DNA of 64,000 nt from Treponemataceae bacterium (GTDB lineage Bacteria > Spirochaetota > Spirochaetia > Treponematales > Rectinemataceae), in the NCBI GenBank assembly GCA_963678065.2, contig CAXXVZ010000005.1:800001-864000 (forward strand), written 5' to 3'. A model generated the notes under the pieces. That model was not told where the DNA came from. It saw nothing but the letters and a program-made list of their open reading frames with translations, and searched no databases. A program made the position numbers and the translations under genes. Below are positions 12,424-23,697 of the stretch, piece after piece (the stretch's first letter is position 1; each line of letters begins with the position of its first letter).

Positions 12424-12800
12424 TTTTCTTCCTCTCGGGGGCGAATTGCAGATAACGTTTTGTGCCTCTGACGTTTCGGACCGCATCGGCGGGCCGAAAT
12501 GTGCCTGAGTGAAGTGAGCGAATGCGAGCGCAACGATGGCCGAAGAGCCCTGAAAGGGCGATGAGCAGGGGCACGGTGTTAGGCGCTTTTGCACGGCGCT
12601 TATTACTCTTCAATATTTTGATACTAATTCTTATTTCTTTATCTTTATTATATTTATTAATTTTCTTATGCTTAAATACTTAGGATCTTTTATGTTTTTA
12701 TTCATATATTTTTATTTATGCTGGAAAATAACTACAGATCATATCGTGAAAAATCCACTTGAATTCTCTCTATCAGAATTTCCATTTCCAAAAGTATTCA

Positions 12801-13220
12801 TTATTCTCCAACAACCCATGTTTTTGCTTCTTCTGGATCCATAAAATACCTGATTACAATATTTTTTGTTATTCCTGAACTAGAAAACTTATTTTTTAAT
12901 TTCAGTTTATTGATGAACGATACTCCTACAAAAGCACATTTCTTTATTTTCCCCGATATTGAGATTAATAGATTTGACATCTCATGAGAAATATTTTTTG
13001 AGATAGTTGTTGAGTATAAATCAATCCAAATACCTGAAACGATGTTCTGAGATAGTGTAAATTCTTTTTCCAACTTTATAAGTTCCATTACCTTCATTTC
13101 ATCAGTATGGAAATTACCTAATTTCAGAGCATGAAGAGCTCCATGCTTATAGTAATACGGAAAATTAGAACCGCTTGGTGATTTCATCGAATATTCTCTT
13201 TTGTCATGTATATTCTTCAT
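12801..13220 (-). CDS. Hypothetical protein, possibly STAS/SEC14 (SpoIIAA-like)
   Basis: Fills the cassette; C-terminal IRYF.DPEEAKTW. Confidence 0.55.
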   Translation of the reverse strand: MKNIHDKREYSMKSPSGSNFPYYYKHGALHALKLGNFHTDEMKVMELIKLEKEFTLSQNIVSGIWIDLYSTTISKNISHEMSNLLISISGKIKKCAFVGVSFINKLKLKNKFSSSGITKNIVIRYFMDPEEAKTWVVGE

Positions 13221-13391
13221 TTCTTAAAGAATTTTCTCTATCTCGCGCCGTGCTATTGCGCCTAACGTTCTGCCTGTTTGCGACGATGGCGTGAGCATCG
13301 GCGAACGCCATTGTGCCTGAGCGGAATGAGCGATAGCGAGTGCAGCGATGGCCGAAGAGGGAGCTTGCGACCGATGAGCGTGAACAGCGCT

Positions 13392-13524
13392 GTTAGTTGC
13401 AGTCGTGACCTTCGAGCGCGCTTGGATGGGGAGACTTGTCTCCCCGTCCAATACTATATCTTGCGCGCGTTCTTCTCTTCCTCTTCTCTTACCCCTATTT
13501 TTTTCTTTCACGATTGCAACTAAC
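13392..13524. repeat. Mini-cassette family A
   Basis: Near-identical to 4853-4986. Confidence 0.92.
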
Positions 13525-13651
13525 GTTCGCCTGCCTACGACGTTGTGGCGAGCATCGGCGAGCCACAATGTGCCTGAGCGGAATGAGCGACAGCGAGTGC
13601 AGCGATGGCCGAAGAAGGAGCTGAAGGCGACTGATGAGCGTGGGCAGTGCT

Positions 13652-14264
13652 GTTATGTGCTGTGTTTTTGGGGCACACCCTGTTTCTTCTCTTCATTTCT
13701 ATAATTCTTATTCCTTTACTCTTAACCCTTTATCTTTGCATTTTAATACTTTATTCAGATACATACGCACTTTATTTCTCTATACCATAGTTATTTATTT
13801 ACTTTGACAGTGCCTCTTTTCTTATATCCTACTACCTATATATTTTATCCTTAAATTCATATTTACGTTTTCGACTATTATAGTTCAGTACATGTTTTTC
13901 GATGTTTCCAATTCAAAAATCTACCATTTTTACTCATAAACCATATAGTAATAATGCCACTACTCAATATGTTTCTATACTTCAAAAATCACATTTTTTA
14001 GATTCAAATAGTTCATGAGAAAAACAGCAGCATCTTCGAAAGGCGTTTTGAAATCTATGATAATCCTATACCCAGAAATCCTATTTTTTATCTATACCAT
14101 TTTTGTACTGCATATACTACCAACACTGAATATAGCACTGATCCACAATTACTACAGAATTGTGTATAAACCCAATATCAGAAGATTCTATTTTTGAATG
14201 CTCTGACGTCATTCAGAATCATATGGTTTCGCACGAGATCCGCCCCAAAAACATTGCAACTAAC
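13652..14264. other. Long gene-less cassette (~610 bp), copy 1
   Basis: AT-rich with no credible ORF. Near-identical to 34736-35348 and homologous to 41517-42141. Confidence 0.8.
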
Positions 14265-14388
14265 GTTCTGCCTGTTTGCGACGATGGCGTGAGCATCGGC
14301 GAACGCCATTGTGCCTGAGCGGAATGAGCAGAGCGAGTGCAGCGATGGCCGAAGAGGGAGCCTGCGACCGATGAGCGTGAACAGCGCT

Positions 14389-15293
14389 GTTAGTTGCAGT
14401 CGTGACCTTCGAGCGCGCTTGGATGGGGAGACTTGTCTCTCCATCCAATACTCTATCTTGCGCGCGTTCTTCTCTTCCTCTTCTCTTACCTCTATTTTTT
14501 TCTTTCACGATTGCAACTAACGTTTGTGCCTCTGACGTTTCGGACCGCATCGGCGGGACGAAATGTGCCTGAGCGGAATGAGCGAATGCGAGTGTAGCGA
14601 TGGCCGAAGAGGGAGCCTGCGACCGATGAGCGTGAACAGCGCTGTTAGTTGCAGTCGTGACCTTCGAGCGCGCTTGGATGGGGAGACTTGTCTCCTCATC
14701 CAATACTCTATCTTGCGCGCGTTCTTCTCTTCCTCTTCTCTTACCCTTATTTTTTTCTTTCACGATTGCAACTAACGTTCTGCCTGTTTGCGACGATGGC
14801 GTGAGCATCGGCGAACGCCATTGTGCCTGAGCGGAATGAGCGTATGCGAGTGCAGCGAAGGCCGAAGAGGGAGCCTGCGACCGATGAGCGTGAACAGCGC
14901 TGTTAGTTGCAGTCGTGACCTTCGAGCGCGCTTGGATGGGGAGACTTGTCTCCCCATCCAATACTCTATCTTGCGCGCGTTCTTCTCTTCCTCTTCTCTC
15001 TTACCCTTATTTTTTTCTTTCACGATTGCAACTAACGTTCTGCCTGTTTGCGACGATGGCGTGAGCATCGGCGAACGCCATTGTGCCTGAGCGGAATGAG
15101 CGATAGCGAGTGCAGCGATGGCCGAAGAGGGAGCTTGCGACCGATGAGCGTGAACAGCGCTGTTAGTTGCAGTCGTGACCTTCGAGCGCGCTTGGATGGG
15201 GAGACTTGTCTCCCCATCCAATACTCTATCTTGCGCGCGTTCTTCTCTTCCTCTTCTCTTACCCTTATTTTTTCTTTCACGATTGCAACTAAC
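14389..15293. repeat. Four tandem family A mini-cassettes
   Basis: 14389-14521, 14644-14776, 14902-15036 and 15162-15293, separated by attC sites. Confidence 0.93.
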
Positions 15294-15471
15294 GTTCTGC
15301 CTGTTTACGACGATGACGCGAGCATCGGCGAGCGCCATTGTGCCTGAGCGGAATGAGCAAAGCGAGTGCAGCGATGGCCGAGGAGTCGCCAGCTTCGCTG
15401 GCGGCGACGAGCAGGGGCACGGTGTTAGATGATGTTGGGCACCCTCTTCATATATATTACTTTGCTTTTTC

Positions 15472-16212
15472 TTATATCTTCTTTCTATACCAATATCTAT
15501 ATCGTTCTTCAAATCCTAATTTTGTATACAGATTCTTTGCTATAGTATTATGTGCTAGTACCTGTAAATAGGCAGTTTTAACATCCATTTCTTGTGCTGT
15601 TCCTAAAATCCCTAAAACCATCTCTTTCCCTATACCTTTTCCCCTCATCATCTCATCGACAACAATATCAAATATTCCAACATATCCATGTTCTAAAGCT
15701 CCAAATCCACATCCAATCAGTACATCATTACTTTTCTTACTGACGATTATTGTATCCAGTTTTATGTTATGCAACATTGTACTCAATACTTTATGATACT
15801 TTGGATCTATTTTATTACAGGATTCAAAACCCTTCTCCCACTCTTCATGGAATTCATGTTCTATAATTACGGTTGATTCATGGTCATGGTTTATTGATCC
15901 AAGATTTTTTGTCATAACTATCGTTTCATCAAGACGAGTATAGTTTCTCGTATCAAGAATATTCTCAATTTCAGGTTGTGTATAATCTTCTATTAGCTTA
16001 AAAACGACTGGTAGATCCTGATGTTCATAAACTGTTTCGCAAAAACTTATTTTTTCTTCAAGATCAATTGTTGACGGATACAGAGGATTTATAGAATTAG
16101 CACGTTTGGTATATCCATCAGAAAATCGTAGAATCCAACCATCGTACAATCGTGTTTGTAATGAGGGCCAGGCATTCATTGATAATTCTTCAATAATTTG
16201 CTGCACAGGCAT
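15472..16212 (-). CDS. GNAT N-acetyltransferase (two-domain)
   Basis: GYTKRANS, RGKGIG and AYLQV...N..A..LY.KLGF motifs. Confidence 0.9.
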   Translation of the reverse strand: MPVQQIIEELSMNAWPSLQTRLYDGWILRFSDGYTKRANSINPLYPSTIDLEEKISFCETVYEHQDLPVVFKLIEDYTQPEIENILDTRNYTRLDETIVMTKNLGSINHDHESTVIIEHEFHEEWEKGFESCNKIDPKYHKVLSTMLHNIKLDTIIVSKKSNDVLIGCGFGALEHGYVGIFDIVVDEMMRGKGIGKEMVLGILGTAQEMDVKTAYLQVLAHNTIAKNLYTKLGFEERYRYWYRKKI

Positions 16213-16378
16213 ATGAAAAATCTCCTCTTTCTCGGGTGCCCAATTTCATCTAACGTTCTGCCTGTTTGCGACGATGGCGCGAGCATCGGCGAGCGCCATT
16301 GTGCCTGAGCGGAATGAGCAAAGCGAGTGCAGCGATGGCCGAAGAGGGAGCCTGCGACCGATGAGCGTGAACAGCGCT

Positions 16379-16510
16379 GTTAGTTGCAGTCGTGACCTTC
16401 GAGCGCGCTTGGATGGGGAGACTTGTCTCCCCATCCAATACTATATCTTGCGCGCGTTCTTCTCTTCCTCTTCTCTTACCCTTATTTTTTCTTTCACGAT
16501 TGCAACTAAC
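16379..16510. repeat. Mini-cassette family A
   Basis: Near-identical to the other copies. Confidence 0.92.
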
Positions 16511-16637
16511 GTATGCCTGCCTACGACGTTTTGGCCCGCATCGGCGGGACAAAATGTGTCTGAGCGAAATGAGCGAATGCGAGTGGAGCGAAGACCGAAG
16601 AAGGAGCCGAAGGCGACTGATGAGCGCGGGCAGCGCT

Positions 16638-16775
16638 GTTATATGCTGTCGCGATCTTGGTTTAGCGCACTGAAAGATGGTGGCTGGATGCCACCATTTT
16701 TCAAGTAACATCCTGTGCGCGTTCTTTCTTTATCTCCTCTTCACTTTAGATACATTCCTCGCGATTGCATATAAC
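16638..16775. other. Gene-less structured mini-cassette, family C (copy 1)
   Basis: GCGCAC/GTGCGC stem, 14-bp hairpin tgaaagatggtggc-tggat-gccaccatttttca, pyrimidine tract. Confidence 0.88.
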
Positions 16776-16948
16776 GTTCGCCTGCCTACGACGTTGTGGC
16801 GAGCATCGGCGAGCCACAATGTGCCCGAGCGGAATGAGCGCATGCGAGTGTAGCGATGGCCGAAGAAGGAGCCGACAGGCGACTGATGAGCGTGGGCAGT
16901 GCTGTTAGGCGTAGTTATTTCCATCTTCATTCATTTATTCTACCCTAT

Positions 16949-17536
16949 TCATTTCTCTTTTATCACGATTTTGAAATATTCTATCAGTGACAATACATCA
17001 GGTACAGAGAATACTGCCTTCTCTATTCTATTGTTCCTCGGATCTATTTCATATCCGTGGGCTTTATAAAATGATGCTTTTCGTAGATCTGCATTATGAA
17101 AAAGCGTTGTTCGGAAAAAGCTTCCTGTAAAGTCGGATTCAACAAGATAGGTATTCTGAAACGCACAATCTACTAGTTCACAGTGTACGAATTTACTTTT
17201 TTTCATTGATACATCAGTAAAGTTACAGGCAACTATCCTACATTCATCGAAATCCATATCAAATGTTGTTTGATCACAATAGTAATAGTTTATACCCAAT
17301 ACTTTACTTTTAACAAACCTTACCCCTATAAATCGTGCCTTGTTGATTTTTGAATTACTGATGTTACACGTATCAAACACACAGTTTTCAAATTGACTTC
17401 CAATCAATATCGTTTCAGTGAAATTGCAGTCAATAAACTGGCATTCAGTAAATTCCTTATGTGCCAATTCTATACCGGTAAAATTGATACCTTTGAATTC
17501 TTTGCCTTCATAGTGAGATTCAAGAAACCCATTCAT
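16949..17536 (-). CDS. Pentapeptide repeat protein
   Basis: Tandem (C/A/S)xF/Lxx pentapeptides along the whole length. Confidence 0.92.
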   Translation of the reverse strand: MNGFLESHYEGKEFKGINFTGIELAHKEFTECQFIDCNFTETILIGSQFENCVFDTCNISNSKINKARFIGVRFVKSKVLGINYYYCDQTTFDMDFDECRIVACNFTDVSMKKSKFVHCELVDCAFQNTYLVESDFTGSFFRTTLFHNADLRKASFYKAHGYEIDPRNNRIEKAVFSVPDVLSLIEYFKIVIKEK

Positions 17537-17804
17537 GATGGTTATAGTATCCTATTCATATACTCTACACTATAGATTCTCTGGAAATAATTACGCCTAA
17601 CGTTTCCGGCCTGCGACGTTTTGGCCCGCATCGGCGGGACAAAATGTGCCTGAATGGAACGAGCGCATGCGAGTGGAATGAAGGCCGAAGAAGGAGCCAC
17701 AGGCGACTGATGAGCGTGGGCCGTGTTGTTATCTGATGTTTGAACGCGCTCTTCTCTTCTTTCTTCCCATTTTTAAAACCTTTCTTACTCTTCATTTCAA
17801 AATT

Positions 17805-19676
17805 TTAAATTCCTATCTTCATTTCCTTATTTTTAACCCATTCTTCTTCCAAAATTCCAAATACCATATCGTCTTTCCATTCATTTTGTATCAAAATACT
17901 TTTTACAAAATATCCCTCATTTCTGAATCCAAGATCTTTCAATAATCGTAGTGATGCTGTATTGCCTGGATCTACTGATGCAATAACCCTATGTTTTTTC
18001 AAAGATATAAATATATAGTCAGTAAGGCATCGCGCCAAAATAATTTGACTGCTTTTATTCTTTAGTCGGAAGCAAAGCATAGTTCCAATCGCCATGGAAT
18101 TTTGCCTGCTTAATGTTCAGGGCAGCAAGTTCTTCATCACTAACCTTGATCCCGAGTGGATACGAACCTGAATCCAATTCTGCGCATATTTTCAGTCCCG
18201 CTGCAGTGGTTGTATTTGCAATCAATTGAATAATTACCTCGTGGCTAATCAACGGTCGGCCTCGCCAGTTCTGAGTGATATGGCAAAACATTCGGTGCTC
18301 GATTTTATTCCATTTGCTGGTACCTGGTGGAAAGTGACACACGTGAATTGACATTCCAAGCTGATTCGCTAATTCGTGCAATGCAAGTTTCCAGAGCCGA
18401 CATCGACTACCGTTGCTGCCACCACCATCAGCGGTAATCAGCAATTCTTTTGCAGTACGATACCGTTTCACACCCATTTTTTCCCACCAACGTCGGATGG
18501 CTTCGGCAGCAAAATGTGCGGTATCGTGGTCGATTCCTACACTGACCCAGCCCTTGTTTTCGCTTATATCGAAGACTCCGTATGGTATGGCCTTGCCCAG
18601 CTCTGTATCAATGAAGTCATGAACCATTACAGATTCCGGTTCACCTTTGGGACGCCATTCTCGTCCTCCATTTCGAAATTCCCCAATCAATTCTTTCTTT
18701 TTCGTATCTACCGAGATAACTGGATTCCCTTTACGCTGAAACCGCTTGACCATGGTGTTGATATACTCAAACTGCGCATTTCGATCCGGATGCGACGTTC
18801 CTTCTTTGGTCTTCCGATTGCTCTGTAGACTGTAGCCTTCCGCGTTCAGTAGCCGTCCAACCGTGCGCGGGCTTACTGTGTGCCCTTGTCGTGTAAGCGT
18901 ATCTGCAAGATTACTGGTGCTCAGGCACGTCCACTGTAGTGGCGACTCTGGATCACCCCGTGTCATTGGTTCAATTAAGCTCGTAAGTTTTTCCCTTAAC
19001 TCGGGATCGTTTTCACTGCATCGTTTTCTTCCACCGCCTGGGAAACGTACGCGAGTGCGTATCTTCTCGTGCGGATTACTTTCGCGTAATGCCAGCTCAT
19101 TCATTCCTTTGCGTATTGTGTTCGGCGACATCTTAATCGCGGTATTGACTGCCTGTATCCCACCACGACCATACGCTCTTGCTTCAGCCGCCGCCCATTG
19201 ACGTCGCATTCGTTCATCCATCATGGGCACAAGTGCGTTGTACTTGGAAGCTATTTGTTTTACCGTTGCCTGATCTTGCATACTTCATTATAATATAATC
19301 AATATATTAGTCAAGTTATTTTGACGCATTGCCTAATTGCTTGAATGGATTCTTTTCCAAATCCCTTATGTTGATCCTTTTTCCCTATTGTATACCCAAT
19401 CTCACATTGCTGATTTTCTGGATCTATAAAATGAATTCCAATATCTCCAATAATTATATCTTCATAATAGATCCCAATCTAAAACCAAGTATTCACAACA
19501 TTGAAAAACAGGGAGCTATTTTTAATAAATGCTTCAACATCATTGATGGATTTTGGTTTGAAGGACTGAAACTCCATACTTGAAGGATCAGATCGGTATT
19601 CAAACATTTTTAGAGAATCTTCCAGAACAATATCTTTCAACACCAAACGGTTTGTCAGAATGTTAATATAACCCAT
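17805..19676 (-). pseudogene. GNAT (RimJ/RimL type) copy 3, ISAzo13 insertion plus nonsense codon
   Basis: Paralog of 6111-6692. A TAG at 19479 replaces Gln and an IS lies at 18026-19333. Confidence 0.88.
18026..19333 (-). mobile_element. ISAzo13-family IS (1308 bp), copy 1; transposase 18055-19281
   Basis: ISVDTKKKELIG, ADGGGSN and PPGTSKWNKIEHR motifs. TIR GGCATCGCGCCAAAATAA and 3-bp TSD TAA. Confidence 0.93.
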
Positions 19677-19878
19677 CGCCTTTTCCCTGATCTCGCGTGT
19701 TCAAATTTCAGATAACGTTCGCCTGCCTACGACGTTATCCTGGCGCTAACCGAGCGCCAGGATAATGTTCCGCAGCGAAGCGGCAGCTGAGCGGAGGATG
19801 AGGAGCGCACGCGACGATATGTGGGCAGGTTGTTAGCTGAAGGTTTTGGTCTTTCTTCTTTCTCTTTCGTTAATATTT

Positions 19879-20265
19879 TTAACTTCTATACTGTTTGAAA
19901 TCGATTATTTTGCTCATTAACTCAAAGTGTTTGTCCAGACTATACAACTCCAAATCATTATCTCGGACATTTTGAACAAGTATCAAATCTGGTATCCCTA
20001 CCCTATTTATTCCATTTTTTAGATTCTTTTCCTGAAACCGTATTATTTCTTCCCACCCTATTCCCAATTCTATTTTCCTGATACTTTTTAAAAACCCTAT
20101 TAACTCATTCTCTTTCTTTACCCTTAAGAAGGGTAGTATTTCTGCAAGAATCAAATCATTGATACATATCTGATTTTGATCAATCAATTCATCCAGAATA
20201 ATGACACTTTGACTACCTCGAAAATAGTCGATCCAGACTGAAGAATCCACAAGAATGTTTTTCAT
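19879..20265 (-). CDS. vapC: VapC PIN-domain toxin
   Basis: ILVDSSVWIDYFR, IPDLIL and SLDKHF motifs. Confidence 0.9.
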   Translation of the reverse strand: MKNILVDSSVWIDYFRGSQSVIILDELIDQNQICINDLILAEILPFLRVKKENELIGFLKSIRKIELGIGWEEIIRFQEKNLKNGINRVGIPDLILVQNVRDNDLELYSLDKHFELMSKIIDFKQYRS

Positions 20266-20453
20266 CTTTTTCTTATATCATCAAGATTTATATCAAGATT
20301 AATCTTACCATAATACTTCTTGATACCTTTGATCTTTTCTCTTTGAATAATATTCTCAAGAGCTGTTTTGATGAGATCGGTCTTCGTTTTCAATTTCGTC
20401 AAAGCCAGAGCTTCTGACACAAGGCTTTCAGGAAGATCCAAAGTGGTTCTCAT
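20262..20453 (-). CDS. vapB: VapB antitoxin (RHH type)
   Basis: MRTTLDLPESL...TKTDLI..AL. A TTGACA-18-TAGTAT promoter lies at 20505-20476. Confidence 0.88.
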   Translation of the reverse strand: MRTTLDLPESLVSEALALTKLKTKTDLIKTALENIIQREKIKGIKKYYGKINLDINLDDIRKR

Positions 20454-20675
20454 ACGATACACTCCATATATGCATATACTAGTCATATACTATATGCACT
20501 GTCAAGCGAATCCTGTATTTTTCTCCTCTTCACCAAAACTTTCAGCTAACGTTCTGCCTGTTTGCGACGATGGCGTGAGCATCGGCGAGCGCCATTGTGC
20601 CTGAGCGGAATGAGCGTATGCGAGTGGAGCGATGGCCGAAGAGGGAGCTTGCGACCGATGAGCGTGAACAGCGCT

Positions 20676-20807
20676 GTTAGTTGCAGTCGTGACCTTCGAG
20701 CGCGCTTGGATGGGGAGACTTGTCTCCTCATCCAATACTCTATCTTGCGCGCGTTCTTCTCTTCCTCTTCTCTTACCCTTATTTTTTCTTTCACGATTGC
20801 AACTAAC
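20676..20807. repeat. Mini-cassette family A
   Basis: Near-identical to the other copies. Confidence 0.92.
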
Positions 20808-20933
20808 GTTTCCGGCCTGCGACGTTTGCGACCGCATCGGCGGGCGCAAATGTGTCTGAATGGAACGAGCGGATGCGAGTGCAATGAAGGCCGAAGAAGG
20901 AGCCAAAGGCGACTGATGAGCGTGGGCCGCGGT

Positions 20934-21440
20934 GTTATCTGCTTTGTTTTTGGGGCTCATCCATTTCCTTTTCTTCATTTAAAAAACTTTTCTTTTTTAC
21001 TTCTTCAATCTTACCCTTATATACTATATTTATATATTTTATACAGATGTCGAATATTTTAATTATCTATATTATAGTTATTTAGTGGTTTTTCTCATCA
21101 AATATTTTATTATTATATTTTAAGTCCATGATTTTGTATAATAAGTATATATTACAGTATTAACCAATACTCTAAATTTCAATATTTATAATTTTTATCC
21201 AACAATAAGATCAGCTTTGAAAGATCCTTATCTTCTCCTGGAATCCCATATTCAAGAATCCCATATTCAAGAATTTTAAATTCATAATCCCTAACATTTC
21301 AGAAGCTACATATTTTCCCAAGAGATCAATACTGGATTAACAAAATATCTGGAATCTATGATTCTAGTTTTTAACAATTTGTCGTCATTCAGAATAACAA
21401 TGTTCAACAAAAGATCCGCCCCAAAAATATTGCAGATAAC
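20934..21440. other. Long gene-less cassette (~510 bp), distant relative of 13652-14264
   Basis: Shares the tgtttttggggc...agatccgccccaaaaa ends and the gtcattcagaat motif. No credible ORF. Confidence 0.7.
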
Positions 21441-21569
21441 GTTTGCCTGCCTACGACGTTGTGGCGAGCATCGGCGAGCCACAATGTGCCTGAATGGAGC
21501 GAGCGTATGCGAGTGGAATGAAGGCCGAAGAAGGAGCCGATAGGCGACTGATGAGCGTGGGCAGTGCTG

Positions 21570-21989
21570 TTAGATGAAGTTTGCGCGATCTTTTACTAGT
21601 TCCAAATATTCATTTACTCTACATATCTTTATGGTTCTAAATTCTTTTAATACCAACAAATCATCATCACCAGTCACAATATATTTAACGTTTCCTTCAC
21701 AAGCACATTCTAATATTTTATCATCATTATGATCTCGACATTGATTTTTCACTATTCCAGAAATTACTACAATCTTTGCTATGTCTTCTATGGCTTTTAC
21801 ATAATATTCTATATTGTAATTTTCTATTTTGAACTTTGGTCTTTTCAGTACAGTACATAATTCTTCAAGTATTTCTCTTGAAGTAAACAACTCATCTATT
21901 CCTTCAATACTTCTCTCAAGCACTCTTCGAGGATTCCCGCCCCAGAAAAATGCAGAAATGAAGATATTCGTATCCAGGACAACTTTCAT
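21570..21989 (-). CDS. PIN-domain toxin (PIN_3 type)
   Basis: MKVVLDTNIFISA, CRDHNDDKILECA and IVTGDDDLL motifs. Confidence 0.92.
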   Translation of the reverse strand: MKVVLDTNIFISAFFWGGNPRRVLERSIEGIDELFTSREILEELCTVLKRPKFKIENYNIEYYVKAIEDIAKIVVISGIVKNQCRDHNDDKILECACEGNVKYIVTGDDDLLVLKEFRTIKICRVNEYLELVKDRANFI

Positions 21990-22225
21990 TTTTTGTTCCG
22001 GGCACTTTTAATCTCTTTCATGATATCTTCCTCCAACACAGCAAGTTTCGGAGCGATGCTTTCACCGTACGAAAAAATACTTTGCCAGCGTTGTTTTTTC
22101 TCAATATACATTCTGGCAGCTTCTCGTATTAATTCAGACCGGGAACGAGCTTCATTCTGTGCAATTTTGTCTATTTGTTGCAAAAGATCCTCTTGAAACG
22201 ATATATTTACGGTTGATACTGCCAT
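21986..22225 (-). CDS. CopG/RHH antitoxin
   Basis: VNISF...LL..ID..A....SRSELIREA motif. Confidence 0.88.
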   Translation of the reverse strand: MAVSTVNISFQEDLLQQIDKIAQNEARSRSELIREAARMYIEKKQRWQSIFSYGESIAPKLAVLEEDIMKEIKSARNKK

Positions 22226-22422
22226 AATTTTCTCCTATCAATAATATACAATCTTTGTATATTGGAATCAATACTCCTCGCGCAAATTTCATCTAACGTT
22301 CTGCCTGTTTGCGACGATGGCGTGAGCATCGGCGAACGCCATTGTGCCTGAGCGGAATGAGCGACAGCGAGTGCAGCGATGGCCGAAGAGGGAGCCTGCG
22401 ACCGATGAGCGTGAACAGCGCT

Positions 22423-22813
22423 GTTAGTTGCAGTCGTGACCTTCGAGCGCGCTTGGATGGGGAGACTTGTCTCCCCATCCAATACTCTATCTTGCGCGCG
22501 TTCTTCTCTTCCTCTTCTCTTACCCTTTTTATTTTCTTTCACGATTGCAACTAACGTTCTGCCTGTTTGCGACGATGGCGTGAGCATCGGCGAACGCCAT
22601 TGTGCCTGAGCGGAATGAGCAAAGCGAGTGTAGCGATGGCCGAAGAGGGAGCCTGCGACCGATGAGCGTGAACAGCGCTGTTAGTTGCAGTCGTGACCTT
22701 CGAGCGCGCTTGGATGGGGAGACTTGTCTCTCCATCCAATACTCTATCTTGCGCGCGTTCTTCTCTTCTTCTTCTCTTACCCTTATTTTTTTTCTTTCAC
22801 GATTGCAACTAAC
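22423..22813. repeat. Two tandem family A mini-cassettes
   Basis: 22423-22555 and 22680-22813. Confidence 0.92.
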
Positions 22814-22956
22814 GTATGCCTGCCTACGACGTTGTGGCGAGCATCGGCGAGCCACAATGTGCCTGAGCGGAACGAGCGCATGCGAGTGCAGCAATTGGAA
22901 ATGGCAAGTAGTTTTCCCCACCATATGGCAACTAGGAATCCCCACCCGGTAGAGGG

Positions 22957-23697
22957 TTATTCCTCCTTCTTTGCAGAGATGCGATATGACTCCCCTGACA
23001 GGGAGAAAATCTTTGCGTGATGCATGAGACGATCCAACAGGGCTGCGGTCATAACCTCGTCGCCCATGAGTTCTGACCAAGAGTTCAGGTCCTTGTTGCT
23101 CGTCACGACGATAGAGGCACGTTCATAGAGATCCGAGACGAAGGTGAAAAAGAGATTGGCTTCCTTGCGCTCGATAGGAGTGTAGCCAATCTCATCAATG
23201 ATCATGAGGTTGGCCTTCGCGAGCCGGCTTAGCCTGAACTGAGCGCTGCGTGCGGCGTCAGAGCGCACGAGGAGCTTCACCAGTGAGGTCATGCGCTCGT
23301 AACAAACCGAATAGCCTTTGCGTACGGCCACATGGCCAAGAGCGATTGCGAGATGGGTCTTTCCGAGTCCAGGAGGCCCGAAGAGCAGAAGGTTCTCGTG
23401 ACGGTCTATCCAAGAGCACTCGGTGAGCTCAGAGAGGTCTCGTTTTCCAATTCCTGCTACTCGGCCGAGTTTGAAATCCTCGAGGCGCTTTACGACGGGA
23501 AAATGGGCCATGGCGAGGCCTCGTTTGAGGCGCCTGTCGCCGCGATCCTGTAGTTCGACGTCCACGAGGGTCTCGAGGAAGGCAAGGCATGTCAGTCCCC
23601 CGCTTTCAGCTTGTTTAAGAAGCTCAGGAAGCCGTGACGACGCGCCACGAAGCCGCAGGGACTCCAGTTTACGAGCGGATTCTGCGAGGGCGCTCAT
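22957..23697 (-). CDS. istB: IS21 helper AAA+ ATPase
   Basis: GPPGLGKT Walker A, IIDEIGY Walker B and LLDRL.HH. Confidence 0.95.
   Translation of the reverse strand: MSALAESARKLESLRLRGASSRLPELLKQAESGGLTCLAFLETLVDVELQDRGDRRLKRGLAMAHFPVVKRLEDFKLGRVAGIGKRDLSELTECSWIDRHENLLLFGPPGLGKTHLAIALGHVAVRKGYSVCYERMTSLVKLLVRSDAARSAQFRLSRLAKANLMIIDEIGYTPIERKEANLFFTFVSDLYERASIVVTSNKDLNSWSELMGDEVMTAALLDRLMHHAKIFSLSGESYRISAKKEE

Noticed and set aside
14258..15430. CRISPR array
   Set aside because: The repeats are ~135 bp with integron R/L boxes, the intervening units are identical to each other or are whole genes, and there are no cas genes.
14260..15512. Recurrent ORFs such as MGRQVSPSKRARRSRLQL..., MRRWREHRR... 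and ...CLRRCGEHRRATMCL...
   Set aside because: They are read-throughs of attC and mini-cassette repeats on both strands, with variable starts, stops and frames between copies.
21241..21274. 15-bp tandem duplication gaatcccatattcaa
   Set aside because: A single local slippage event with no further pattern.
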